From Octopus sinensis (taxonomy: Eukaryota), in NCBI RefSeq assembly GCF_006345805.1, contig NC_043000.1, positions 155,496,001 through 155,560,000 of the forward strand: a stretch of 64,000 nt of DNA, written 5' to 3'. Below the pieces are notes generated by a model that had not been told where the DNA came from, ran no database searches, and was given only the letters and a program-made list of their open reading frames with translations. The translations under genes and the position numbers were made by a program. The stretch's first letter is position 1; each line of letters begins with the position of its first letter. This document shows positions 51,770 through 64,000 of this stretch, piece after piece.

Positions 51770-52679
51770 GATTGAGTGAGAGAGCAGTGCATGCCATCAA
51801 AGTGACACTGGGGTAAAATATGCGAAGCCCAGTATACCCATCTTGACTACCCGTCTGATAAGGGTACATCAGGCACATGCATCACAACCATATGTGCGCG
51901 ACATGGTGATTTCATATCAAGATAAACAGCACATGACCTTGCAGGTGGGGGCCCAGTTAGAATTTCTTTCTCGGCAAAGGAAATATTGGAGGTTTGGCGA
52001 GGACAGGGGGTAACTCTGGAACTGAATGTTTGAGGGTAATGGTAGGTATAAACTAGTGGCATGTATGTGTGCGTAGCAGTGACACTGATATAAAAGAGAA
52101 ACTGGAAATTTCCTGAGTGTGTGCAGTGTAAAGCCGGATGCAAATAAGGTAGTAAGTGTAAAAATTTTCTCCAAGGGATTATTAGTTACAGAGGAGCTGC
52201 AGTTGAGATGTGCGAATGGAATAGATCAAGGCGGAACTGTTTGAGCCTAATCGCTTTTAGTCATTCTCACATAGCCATTATGCAGTTCTCAAAAAATATT
52301 TACGTATACTACATGATATGAAATCGCCAAATCGATGTGCGTTTTACTGAAACAGAATTCTCTCTCTCTTCCTTTTCATCTTCTTTTCTCTTTATCTGTT
52401 AGTATTTCTATCTCACCGACATTCTCTTAGACACTCACACATAAATACAAACAAATGAGAAACACACACACAAGCACACACACTCAAGCACACAGATTAT
52501 TTATTACCAGAAAGTATTCATTTCCATAATATTCCACATAAGCATGTTAAAATCAGATTCAAATGCGTTCTAACGTGTTATGCAACTCTGATAGATATCT
52601 ACGCTGTAACGAAGAGTAGATTTCTCGACAGTTTTACTGTAAGGTTTCTATGTTAAAAGAAGGATTTAATGCGATAATA

Positions 52680-52998
<319 letters not shown>

Positions 52999-54122
52999 GA
53001 ATAATGGAGGCTGGAAGTTCAGAATCGTAAATGTGGAGTTACAATTATGATGGTCAGTCATGCGATGATATTGCTTCTCAGGTGAAGAAAATTTGAAATG
53101 TGAAGACTGAATGGTGTTCTTCATAGGCGATTACTGCACAGTTGAAGAGTTGTAAAATTTGATTAGCAAGTGATAATGTTGATTCGAGTTGCTTCAGTGT
53201 TTATCTAAACATCAGGCTTGTAACAACTGAGAGCTTTCGAGATGTCTAGACAGCTAAGCTGACTGTAATCTCTTGAAGATTCGTTAGCTTCATTCCAAAT
53301 AATTTAGTAGAAAACACACACACACACACATGCACACATACACACACACTCACGAGCGCTCACACACATGTACATGCAAGCAAGCACGCACTCGAATGCA
53401 CACACGCACGCACATGCACGTGTACACTTATACGTGTCTTGGTGTTTATGTCTGTTGCTTTTGTTTATACTTTTTCTTGATTCCTTCTACAAATATGCAC
53501 AAAATGCGCGTTTGTAAGTTTCTGTCAGTATTTGTAGTACGTTTTATCTATATCTGTTTTACAAAGAAATAGTAAATAGTTATTTGATTTCTATTTGTAT
53601 ATTTTCTCTACAATTACTTTTTTTTTACATTCTAAACTGCATTTGGTGAACACTAACCTACTTGGTCACATGTTCCTTACCTCGAGAGTGACGAGTGATT
53701 GTCTGTGAAACTGAGTGCAAAAGAGTTACTAGACTTTGTATTCGTATTCGAAAACGCCGGGGATTTTTTCCTTACTTTTCTCTTTTGGAGGGGCGTTTCA
53801 CCGATATTCTTCAAATTTGTACACCTTCATCGAAAGTTCAAGTTACCAAATTCCACTGCCAGAACATTGATTAATCTGAAGCTATGACTGATAATACTTG
53901 TCTAAGTTGTCGCACAGTGGGATTGAACCGGGTTACCAAGCGATCGACTTAGCAACACAATTAGGCACTGTTCAGCAGCCTTTAGAATTGCACAAATAAC
54001 TATGTTGATTCGTTATTTTTTTCAATTATCCAAAGGCTTACCAAATCACTAGTTCAATTCATCGAAATACTTTGCTTAGATTGTTGGGTTTTTTTTTTAT
54101 ATATTTGGAGATAATTCACACA

Positions 54123-54284
54123 GGCGCAGGAGTGGCTGGGTGGTAAGTAGCTTGCTTACCAACCACATGGTTCCGGGTTCAGTCCCATTGCGTGGCATCT
54201 TGGGCAAGTGTCTTCTACTATAGCGTCGGGCCGACCAAAGCCTTGTGAGTGGATTTGGTAGACGGAAACTGAAAAGAACCTGTC

Positions 54285-54338
<54 letters not shown>

Positions 54339-54560
54339 ATATGTTTGTGTGTCTGTGTTTGTCCCCCTAGCATTGCTTGACAACCGATGCTGGCGTGTTT
54401 ACGTCCCCGTCACTTAGCGGTTCGGCAAAAGAGACCGATAGAATAAGTACTGGGCTTACAAAGAATAAGTCCCGGGGTCAATTTGCCCGACTAAAGGCGG
54501 TGCTCCAGCATGGCCGCAGTCAAATGACTGAAACAAGTAAAAGAGTAAAGAGAGAGAGTA
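54123..54560 (+). mobile_element. SINE-A, full copy
   Basis: Homology. Confidence 0.93.
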
Positions 54561-57500
54561 TCTGTTATATCAATTAATACATTTGAGATTAACTATTAAT
54601 ATTAAAAGAAATAAACAACTAAGAAAATAATGACTATATGAAGAATTTTTTAAAGCTTTATATGGTTTTACCTAAATGCACAATTCTGATTAAACATGTC
54701 TGAATAGATCATATATTTAAATAATTAAGTAAAAACTACTGTTGCTGTAAGTGGCTTCTTAACTCTGTGGCCACAGATGTAAAAGTGATTCCAGCGTTGG
54801 TAACTCTTCCGGATTCTAATAGGTTTTGATGTACTTTATACATTGCAAGTTAGATTAGCAGAAAAGCGATAGTTGCAATGGCTACTGGGTAAAGATTTTT
54901 GCTTACAATCTTGCTATTATATTCCCAATTTATTGGTAAAGCAGCGGAAAATTCACGATTTTATCTCGTTCCAGAAATTATGTATAATCAAAGTAAGAAT
55001 ATTAAAACCTTGAAATATTTTGGTAAAAATCAGGAACAAAATGATAATATTATGACTGTATATTGTACCAATATACTGTCACAAAATTGATACTAGTGTG
55101 GTGAGACGTATTTTGGAAAGAAGTATGATGGTTACATATTGGTTCTGTAATCTAAGTATTGAACTGCGATATTAATATATCTTACTGAATTTCCTCAGAT
55201 TGCAGATAATATTCTTGCCAATACGAAAAACAATAAAAGAGAACAATTGGATGAAATATAGAAGCAGGTTGCTTTCCTTTGAATTATGTATAAATTCTGC
55301 ACCAGCTGTCTCCTGTCACTATGAAATCTTTCAACGTATTTGGAGTCCAATAACGAGGTAGAAATCATAGAATTAGTCTTAAATACTGCAAGCCATTTTA
55401 CCTGACGCTCTAACGATTCTGACAATCCACAAAATTTCCATTATTTAGCTGTCTATTCTAAGGTGGCTGTTGTTGTTCCTATTATTGTTGTCGTTGTGGT
55501 GTCGACATCATTGTTGTTGGTGGTGGTGTCATTGTTTAGCTTTGGTTATTTAGAGTTCTGATAGATAGCATTCCAGCCGTAGCTATCCCATCTTTATTCA
55601 GGCATAATCTATCTAAACTTACATTATCTAACGTATCCTTCTCCTTTTAAGATACTAGAACGTTGTTTGAAGGACATTTTCTAAGCATTTTACGAAGGCC
55701 ACCTTGTTGGCTTGGTCATTCTAAGGTAATACGACGCCATAAGAACATGCTAAAAGAGGAATAGCTTAATTTTGGAATCAGCTTTTTAAAATAGTTTCAT
55801 ATCTTGTTTTCAACGTTTTAACTTTTATCATAGCTCAATAAAAACAAAATTTCTGACTCATATACAACTGATGAAATAACTACATCGAGTGAATGTCATA
55901 ACAGTTTTTGTCCATACTATTGAACGAATAACAAATTTTTTGCTATTTTTACCTGAAACATGCCATTTTAACTGGAGTCTCTTATTCTGTATTCCTTTAT
56001 AAAAAATATTCCAGGAAAATCAATTTCATTATTTCTATTTTTTTAAGAAAAAAATTCGCCTTCGGTTTTTATAAAATAAGCCCGGTGGATATACGCAAAA
56101 TTCTATGGCATTAAGGTGTACTATAATAACATATAATCTCATTATCGACGATATATACCTGGCATTTGTTTTGCCAGTGATATATTTTATTTCTGTTAAA
56201 ATAGTTTCTTTACTTCCAGTGCTTGGTAAAGGAACTCAAAATGCAACAGATCCACCTTCGCGATCCTCTAAGCAGTTGTTCTAATAATAACTAAATCTCT
56301 CACAAAAAAACAATATGCAGTCTTAAAAAAGATATATTTTGGATAATGTAATTCTACGTACACAGCACTTTTTAAAAAGTGAAACTGTACGACTAGAACG
56401 TTCTTTGACTGTAATCCTTATCTAAACAAATCCATCAGTACCAAAAAAATTGTCGAAGTTATCGAGAATATAATGTGGATTTTCTTTGAGATGTATTAGA
56501 AGTACGTCACAAAATTCATGAAACTTGACAACAGTCTATCGAAACAGGAAACAATCGTTGACAGCGGGTCAGCAGCGAACAAGGCAATAGAATAAGTAAG
56601 CAGAAATTAAGCAATAATTGGTGAAGTGGTCTGTCCGCTAGAGTGAAGTGTTTAATTGATGTGGTTGTTGTTACTGTTGTTTAGCATTAAATCAACCTTG
56701 ATGAAGCCAAACCTTCATAAAAGGAGGTCCATTCTTTACTATCTTGTGGCGAGATGTCACAGCCTAGATACTCTATCTGAAAAAAGTAAGTTGCTCACAG
56801 CTGGAACATCATTCCTCCAGAGCTTACTCGGAGTTGATCTGAAGCTAAATAACAGCAACAGCAAGCTGAAGTTTTGGAATACGGTTTTGACCAATCTGCA
56901 TGCAGCTTAAACGTTTTCCTGACTAAACTCAAACAGCCTAGATAGCGTAGCCCTCAGTTGAAATAATTGTTTCTCAATTGTATTGTCGCTTAAATATTAA
57001 TCTTTCATAGATCTTGTTGGTTAGTTGTCCGTTACATAATTGCCCCTGAATAAATGAAATGAATGTTGGTTTAGCTCTACGGAACCTTATTAAGTCAGCA
57101 TAAAAAAGCATATACACTGTTTATTCACACACTTTATAATTTCTATCACGATTTCAAATTTCTAATACAATTTTTATTACATGCTCACTTAAATTTTCAG
57201 CATAACTACTAAAGCAGTTTAGTGCATTAAGCAAAATCGTTTTCGATTAAAATTATACAAGATCAGTTTGTAACCAAAGCTGTGCAATTATTCATAACTT
57301 CCATTATTTTCCTAGCATGGGGTATGTCTAAAGACGACTTCAATTTTTAAAGAGATTTACAAAATAAACATGTAAAATAAACAATTAGTTTGATATATTA
57401 GATTTTAAAAAACAATACGCCATCAAGGAACAGGTTTAAAGTACAAATTATCTGAAAATCAATATAATGTGACACAAAATCTCAATTTCGCAAGTCAGTT

Positions 57501-57749
57501 TATAAGATATTGTTTGTATATCAACAATGGTTTTGCAAATGTATGAGATTTTATTGAAAAGGGAAAAATATACATTATACTCTCTAAAAGTTCAAAGTAA
57601 CGTATCCACTAAATATAATCGTATCGGTGTAATATCACAGTAAATATATTTGAAAGCGAATCTGGTTTTATATTACTGAGTCATTGAAGATTAGTTTACA
57701 CGACAACGCTTGTGAGCAAAGGATGCACAAACCTTTGGGATTTTATTTT

Positions 57750-59050
57750 ACAGGCTTTAGTCTCAAAAGTTTTTTCAGGTTTTTCACTGATGAATTTTCG
57801 CAGCTTGTATCTCTATGATATATAATTAATTTGATACTTAATTTGATATAATTAATGTTTCCAATCATTGATGAATTGTTTATTTTCTAGTTTCATATAT
57901 AATATATAAACGTTAATTGTTTATTTTTTTTATTTTACAGCTTTGATAATGATTGCTGAAAAAATTGCAATTAGAGCTATTTTACACTACCAGTGGGGAA
58001 AAAAAGGACAGTGCAAAGGCAACGACAGAAGAAATTAGCGATATGGAAGGCCCAGAAACTATCAAGGAACATGTAACGCAAAACTGATTTAGACGTTTCA
58101 AGGAAGGTGACACCGGCCACAAAAAGAGATCACGTTCAGGCAGACTTTTTGTTGTGGAAGATGCAGTCTTGCTTTAAATGGTTGAATAATAGCTGAATGC
58201 AAGCACTTGCACAATTGTCGGCAGAACTTTGTCCATCACACAGTGCCATCAGTCGATACCTCCATAAGCTCAGCCTTGTGAATTGACGCTGTTGAGAAAC
58301 TCCTGATGACCTGCTAATTACCAGACTCAAGGATGTGTGAAAATTTTCAAACAACTGTTGGCAAATCCTCGAGATGCCCTTTTTTGGTATCGAATTGAAG
58401 CTGGAGATGAAAAATATATCTATTTTCGTAATCCTAATAAGGGAAATCAGTTGCTTCGTTCTGGCCAGGTTGTTAAACAATGTCGATTTGAACAGGTCAT
58501 GTTGTTGTCTGATGTAATCTCGAGGGATGTTGTATTTTAAGCTTTTTTCCAGATATCATGCTGTGAACGCTAACCTTTATGCTCAACAACTACTTCGGGT
58601 GTATGATGCCTTGAAAGACCGCTACTCAGTATTGGTTAATCGAAAACGTGCTCTCCTACAGCATGACAATACTCCAGCACAAACTGCCAATGTGACCAAG
58701 CGCAAATCTAAGGGACTTGAGGGGCTAAAAATGCTACCTCATTCTGCCTACAGTTTAAACCTTGCACTATCAGATTACTACTTTTTCCAAGCCATGGCTC
58801 ATTTCCTGTACGGGCAGAGGATCAACAATGTGGACAAAGTGGAAAATGGGCGCTGAAATTCCTTTTGCTTTTCAACCAATTAAATGATATAAGTGTGGAA
58901 TTGAGACTCTGATACAACGATGGCAACAGACAATAGAGTATGATGGGATATATTTTGATGTATAAATGCTTTTGGTATGTAATTTGTTTGGCCTATTAAT
59001 TAAAGCTTGAAATACGAAAACCCTGGTACTTTAAAACAGTTACCCAATCG
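57750..59050 (+). mobile_element. Near full-length decayed mariner element
   Basis: RFKEGD, GDEKYIY, LLQHDN, PHSAYSLNLALSDY (mariner YSPDLAPSD); frameshifts and stops; only degenerate TIR-like ends. Confidence 0.88.
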
Positions 59051-59750
59051 TGATAAATGTCACTAAACCGTTATACTGTAAAAAAATATACGTTCAGGTT
59101 GCTCTTGGGAATAATATAGCGTATCCATTTTTTTACGTGTTCCTTGGGATACAGGGAATGGTTGCTCTAGCTGCAAAATTCTTAAGTGCAATATATCAAA
59201 AGACACAAAGTAAACTACCAGTAATAAGTTTTAAAATACGCGTTTTCGTCTCTAGACTTGCCTTGCCCCGAACATTGGCAGCCCACATTTACGCCACTAA
59301 CATGGTGAGTTGAAAAACTTGTATCATTTGAGTTTGTAAAGGGAACTGGTTGCTTCTTTACACTTTTGGGGTGCAACTTGGGTGCAACACAATTTCCTTT
59401 CTTTTTGTTTCTAGAAACTACCAGTCGGTAACAAAACGCAACTTTAAAAATATATATGATTCTTTATTCTCTTATTCACAAATGAAGCACGTTGGTATAT
59501 TGGTATCTACTTAGTTCAACACAGCAAGGCTGAATTCTAACGTTTCTAAGCTTCTTACAACAAATTCAGCTGCAACAGAGCAGGTCAAATCCTAAGCGTC
59601 TAGGACAGGAGAATAGGCTGATCACATGTTTAAAAATACGTCCTTTCCCTTCAATAGCCGTGTTTCAAGTCAATGACGCTATTAAGGAATGCGATAGAAT
59701 TTCTTCCCCAGTCTCTAGCGCATGTGCATGATGGAACTTCCTTCTGCCTT

Positions 59751-59900
59751 TCCAGAAGGTTCCAGAAGGTTCCAGAAGGTTCCAACTTCGCACACGCACA
59801 CTGAAGAATGACGTTCCGCACACACACACTGAAGAATACGTTCCGCACACGCACACTGAAGAATGACGTTGCGTGTGCGCACACTGGAATATGACGTCAC
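59751..59900. repeat. 10-bp (tccagaaggt) x3 followed by 27-28-bp (cgcacacgcacactgaagaatgacgttc) x3 plus a diverged fourth
   Basis: Direct reading. Confidence 0.9.
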
Positions 59901-60061
59901 TACAAGTTCATCCTTCTAATTATTAGGTTTACTTTCTCATACTTTGTTTAAAAGAAAACGTGCAATGGAAATAACTCTAAGAAATCAATTAACTGAAGTT
60001 TTGAAAAAACTAATAAAGTCATTAAGTGAAAACAACATATAGTGGTACATATTATGTTCTT

Positions 60062-60334
60062 TGGACTCGCGGTCGTAGGATCGCAGTTTCGATTCCCAGA
60101 CCAGGCGTTGTGTGTGTTTATTGAGCGAAAACACCTAAAAGCTCCACGAGGCTCCGGCAGGGGGTGGTGATCCCTGCTGTACTCTTTCACCACTCTTTCT
60201 CCCACTCTTTCCTCTGTTGGCCTGCTCGCTTAGCCAGCGGGGTGGCGTCATTCGAAGGCTAAAACAATGCGAACGCATTGTGACCAGCGATGTGTAGCAA
60301 CATCTGATGGTCTGGTCGGTCACGTGATCACGTG
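60062..60334 (+). mobile_element. 5'-truncated SINE with SINE-C head and body but a different 3' tail
   Basis: 11-bp TSD attatgttctt at 60051-60061 and 60335-60345. Confidence 0.85.
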
Positions 60335-60856
60335 ATTATGTTCTTAGATTAATATCCTGAAGTTTAAACTAAGGAACGGAACATTTTCAAAAAGTAAGAT
60401 AAGTTGGTTACTTGCTTTGTGTTTGCAAAAATATATATTACCATTTGTGAGGAAATGAAGTCTCGGTTGTTGGTTAAGGTTTAGTTTTAGAATTAGCCTT
60501 ATAATTAACGGCTAGCGCGTAGGGTTGAAGATAAGAATTTTTGGTTGAATGTAGGGTGAAGATTTTTGGTTAGTCTTAGTGCTGATGGATAAATTTAGGC
60601 TTAGCTTTAGAATGAGATTTAGAGTTTAGAATTATGGTTTCGGTTACGTTAAAGACATTTCATGATTCTGCATTGCTATTTTAAATTTTCTGTTTCAAAC
60701 GGAGGTTTAGTTGCTATTTCGTAACTTTCAATTATTTTAAATGTTGGATGTGATATATGTTGTATGTTTTTCTAAGTTCCCGTCATTTTAAAAGCGTTCT
60801 ATTGTGACCATTTTGTCTGCTTTCGGCATATTTACAGTTTAATGCTCTTTCAGTAT

Positions 60857-61266
60857 CAGGAGTGGCTGTGTGGTAAGTAGCTTGCTTACCAACCACATGG
60901 TTCCGGGTTCAGTCCCACTGCGTGGCATCTTGGGCAAGTGTCTTCTGCTATAGCCCCGGGCCGACCAATGCCTTGTGAGTGGATTTGGTAGACGGAAACT
61001 GAAAGAAGCCTGTCGTATATATGTATACATATTTGTGTGTGTGTATGTTTGTGTATCTGTGTTTGTCCCCCGAGCATCGCTTGACAATCGATGCTGGTGT
61101 GTTTACGTCCCCATCACTTAGCGGTTCGGCAAAAGAGACCGATAGAATAATTACTGGGCTTACAAAGAATAAGTCCCGGGGTCGATTTGCTCGACTAAAG
61201 GCGATGCTCCAGCATGGCCGCAGTCAAATGACTGAAACAAGTAAAAGAGTAAAGAGTAAAAGAGTA
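60857..61266 (+). mobile_element. SINE-A copy
   Basis: Homology. Confidence 0.92.
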
Positions 61267-61812
61267 TATATTTGTATGTACAACAGGGATCGACCAACTA
61301 ATTTTTCCCTTTGAAAATTATCTGCTCCGGAGTTTAAACTTCGTGTTATTCGCCAAAACTAAGGGAGGCTAATAGAGAAACAAAGAGAAATAGAGGTTCC
61401 GGTTTGTAATATGAACAACATGGCCGATGGAAATGCCCTGGGGAGCCTTCTGCATACTATATAGCAATAAAGTAAGAGAAGGAATTATGTAAGTAATATA
61501 GTGAGTTGCAATACTTTGAACGATCCAGATTATCCATAACATTAGTAGACAAAAATTCTATCTTAGGGTGTTTAAAATCTAAAAGAATAAGCAGGGAGAT
61601 AACTTCACTAAAACCAGTTATCCCAGTACATAGAGAAATAAAAAGGCGATACTATTACATAGTTCTTGGCATCATGTTGATGTCACCACAACGGTAATGA
61701 TATTAGTATATTTTGAGTTACTAAATATACAGTATTAGAAGTTGCCATTAGAAAAATCTGACAGCAAGGTTTTTCGATATTAGGCAATGAGAGCTATAAG
61801 AAAATAAGTGAG

Positions 61813-61848
<36 letters not shown>

Positions 61849-62304
61849 GGGAGAGAGAGAGAGAGAGAGAGAAGTGAGTGTGTGAGTGAGTGAAACAGGT
61901 ACATTGCTTGAAAGGGATGTAATGTTAAGCAAAATGAACACGGTGCGGCCCATTGTAGTGATTGATAGCGAAAGCTTTTAAGCAACAAACATCTGTTACA
62001 TATGAATAAAGTGATACAAAAATGGATGAATTAAGAAAGTGTGTTCGAGTCAAGAAACAGAAACATAAACTAAAACATACTTTCCTGTTCCTTGCGAAAC
62101 GAAAGACATTTTTACCACTTTGGCACATAAAGTAATTGAATCAATTCTTATACACAAAAATGCTATTGATTGTCCCCAATACGATATTGTTTCTATCCAA
62201 TTTCTCTGTTAGATTTATTACCTTTTACCATGTATATTTAGAAGTTTTCAGCCCCGTGTTTGAGAGAAAACATCCAATTATTATAAACACAAAACAGCAC
62301 GTGT

Positions 62305-62305
62305 C

Positions 62306-62344
<39 letters not shown>

Positions 62345-62394
62345 AACTACATATATAGAGACAGACATACTGACAGAGGCAGGGCAATAGGTTG

Positions 62395-62435
<41 letters not shown>

Positions 62436-62468
62436 TATATATATTATATATATATATATATTATATAT

Positions 62469-62500
<32 letters not shown>

Positions 62501-62545
62501 GTGTGTGTGTGTGTGTGTGTGTGTATACATATATATAGATATTCA
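62305..62545. repeat. (TA)n/(TG)n compound microsatellite
   Basis: Direct reading. Confidence 0.93.
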
Positions 62546-62999
62546 TATAAATATGCACAAATTCGTTTGAATATGCATACAAAAGAGTTGCAAACGTAGA
62601 TATAACTGCAAGTTGTGGTTCTTATTGCGTACTAAACTTCTAGAATATCGTACATGTTTTGACAGTGGCTTTGACAGTTTGTAGCTGTAAGCTTTTACTT
62701 ATGCATGCTTTTCCTTCTGGCTATGTGAAACTCGGGTTTTTAAGATTGGTCTTGATGTAGTTAGACAAATAATGAAGTGCTCCAATGATTATTCGTAGAA
62801 ACATTGAGTCCAGATGGACTAACTGCAAATTTCTCATCCCTTTTATTTTTCACCATTATTTAGCCCCATGTTGACATTTTGGCAAGTGATTTAAATTACT
62901 GGGCATAGGGTTCTTTTTTTAATATCCTAAATCATTATTCCTTTTCTCCTATGCTTACGATTTATTGGAATCTTGATTAGAACACTCCTCAAGTATTTT

Positions 63000-63400
63000 T
63001 TCATATTATGTGTGACTATCTCGTCACATCTCTGTAGTTGTTCACACTTGTCTCCTTAACATTATCCTTTCGGTAGATTTCGTTGTATAATGTTCTAGCC
63101 ACTTCATTGTGTCTCAAAGTTAGGTTATGCCATGATAATATTTTCGGACAGCTACATATAATGTGGGTGACATCTTCATCGTATCTAGGTGGATTATCCT
63201 CATCCCGACCAGTTTTCTTCACCAGTTATTTTGATGTTATTTCCTGCTTCTCTGTTGCAAATGCATATCTTTCAAAATGACATCTAATATCTTGGCTGTT
63301 CATCTAGGAAAGACAACTCTGGTGATCAGTGATGTAACTTTGAATCTTTCTGAAGATAGTCATGCATGCCCTTGTGCTATGTATATATCTTCTTTTACAA
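63000..63400 (-). mobile_element. RLE non-LTR relic, zinc-knuckle region
   Basis: EDVTHIICSCPK...LRHNEVARTLY. Confidence 0.7.
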
Positions 63401-63553
63401 AGTTGCAGTTGGATTGAGCAACTTTGCTGCGCTTACATCTCTTATCATCAGACAAAGAATACATTCTGAGATATGTTTCTAGCTTTTATGATACTTCTAG
63501 CTTCATGAATTGCTACATGGGCAGATTTCGACATTCGGTAGTTAATATATATT

Positions 63554-63771
63554 TATTTCACTACTGCCCACAAGGGGCTAAACACAGAGGGACAAACGGA
63601 TTATGTCGATTACATCGACCCCAGGGCGTAACTGGTACTTAATTTATCGACCCCGAAAGGATGAAAGGCAAAGTCGACCTCGGCGGAATTTGAACTCAGA
63701 ACGTAACAGCAGACGAAATACGGCTACGCATTTCGCCCGGCGTGCTAACGTTTCTGCCAGCTCGCCGCCTT
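63554..63771 (-). mobile_element. SINE-B, full copy
   Basis: Homology. Confidence 0.92.
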
Positions 63772-64000
63772 GTTAATAGATATTGTCGAACGTATATGAG
63801 TTGACGTTAAGATGCTTCCATAGAAGTTTAGCTACTACCGTTTTGTTTCAGTTTTAAGATAATGTGGAAATTTCTGGCATGGGTCCTGTTAATGTGGAAA
63901 CTTCTGGTATGGGTCATAAATTTTCGGGTTTTAACATCAGTAGCCTGGTTATCTTCTAGTGTCCAATCAAATAGCTTAAATTTTTATGAGAGAACAGCAA

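Overview
AT-rich, repeat-dense, eukaryotic, essentially non-genic window. The SINE families and microsatellite style recall octopus (coleoid cephalopod) DNA; that is from memory and was not searched. No host protein-coding gene can be called with confidence, and most ORFs in the track are translated microsatellites. The window contains decayed non-LTR retrotransposons (two CR1/L2-group families, RTE-like, and R4/Dong-like elements with a restriction-like endonuclease). It also holds mariner relics, a pogo-type MITE, Helitron pieces including a PIF1-like helicase relic, and many copies of several tRNA-derived SINE families. Most notable: (1) minimal type I hammerhead ribozyme motifs with palindromic helix III, one intact at 24781-24823 and one nearly intact at 17848-17892, both beside foldback inverted repeats, plus a roughly 200-bp (TA)n-flanked family carrying decayed or deleted hammerheads; (2) a SINE and a LINE whose shared 3' ends keep a stem-loop through compensatory substitutions; (3) SINE tandem and self-insertion structures.
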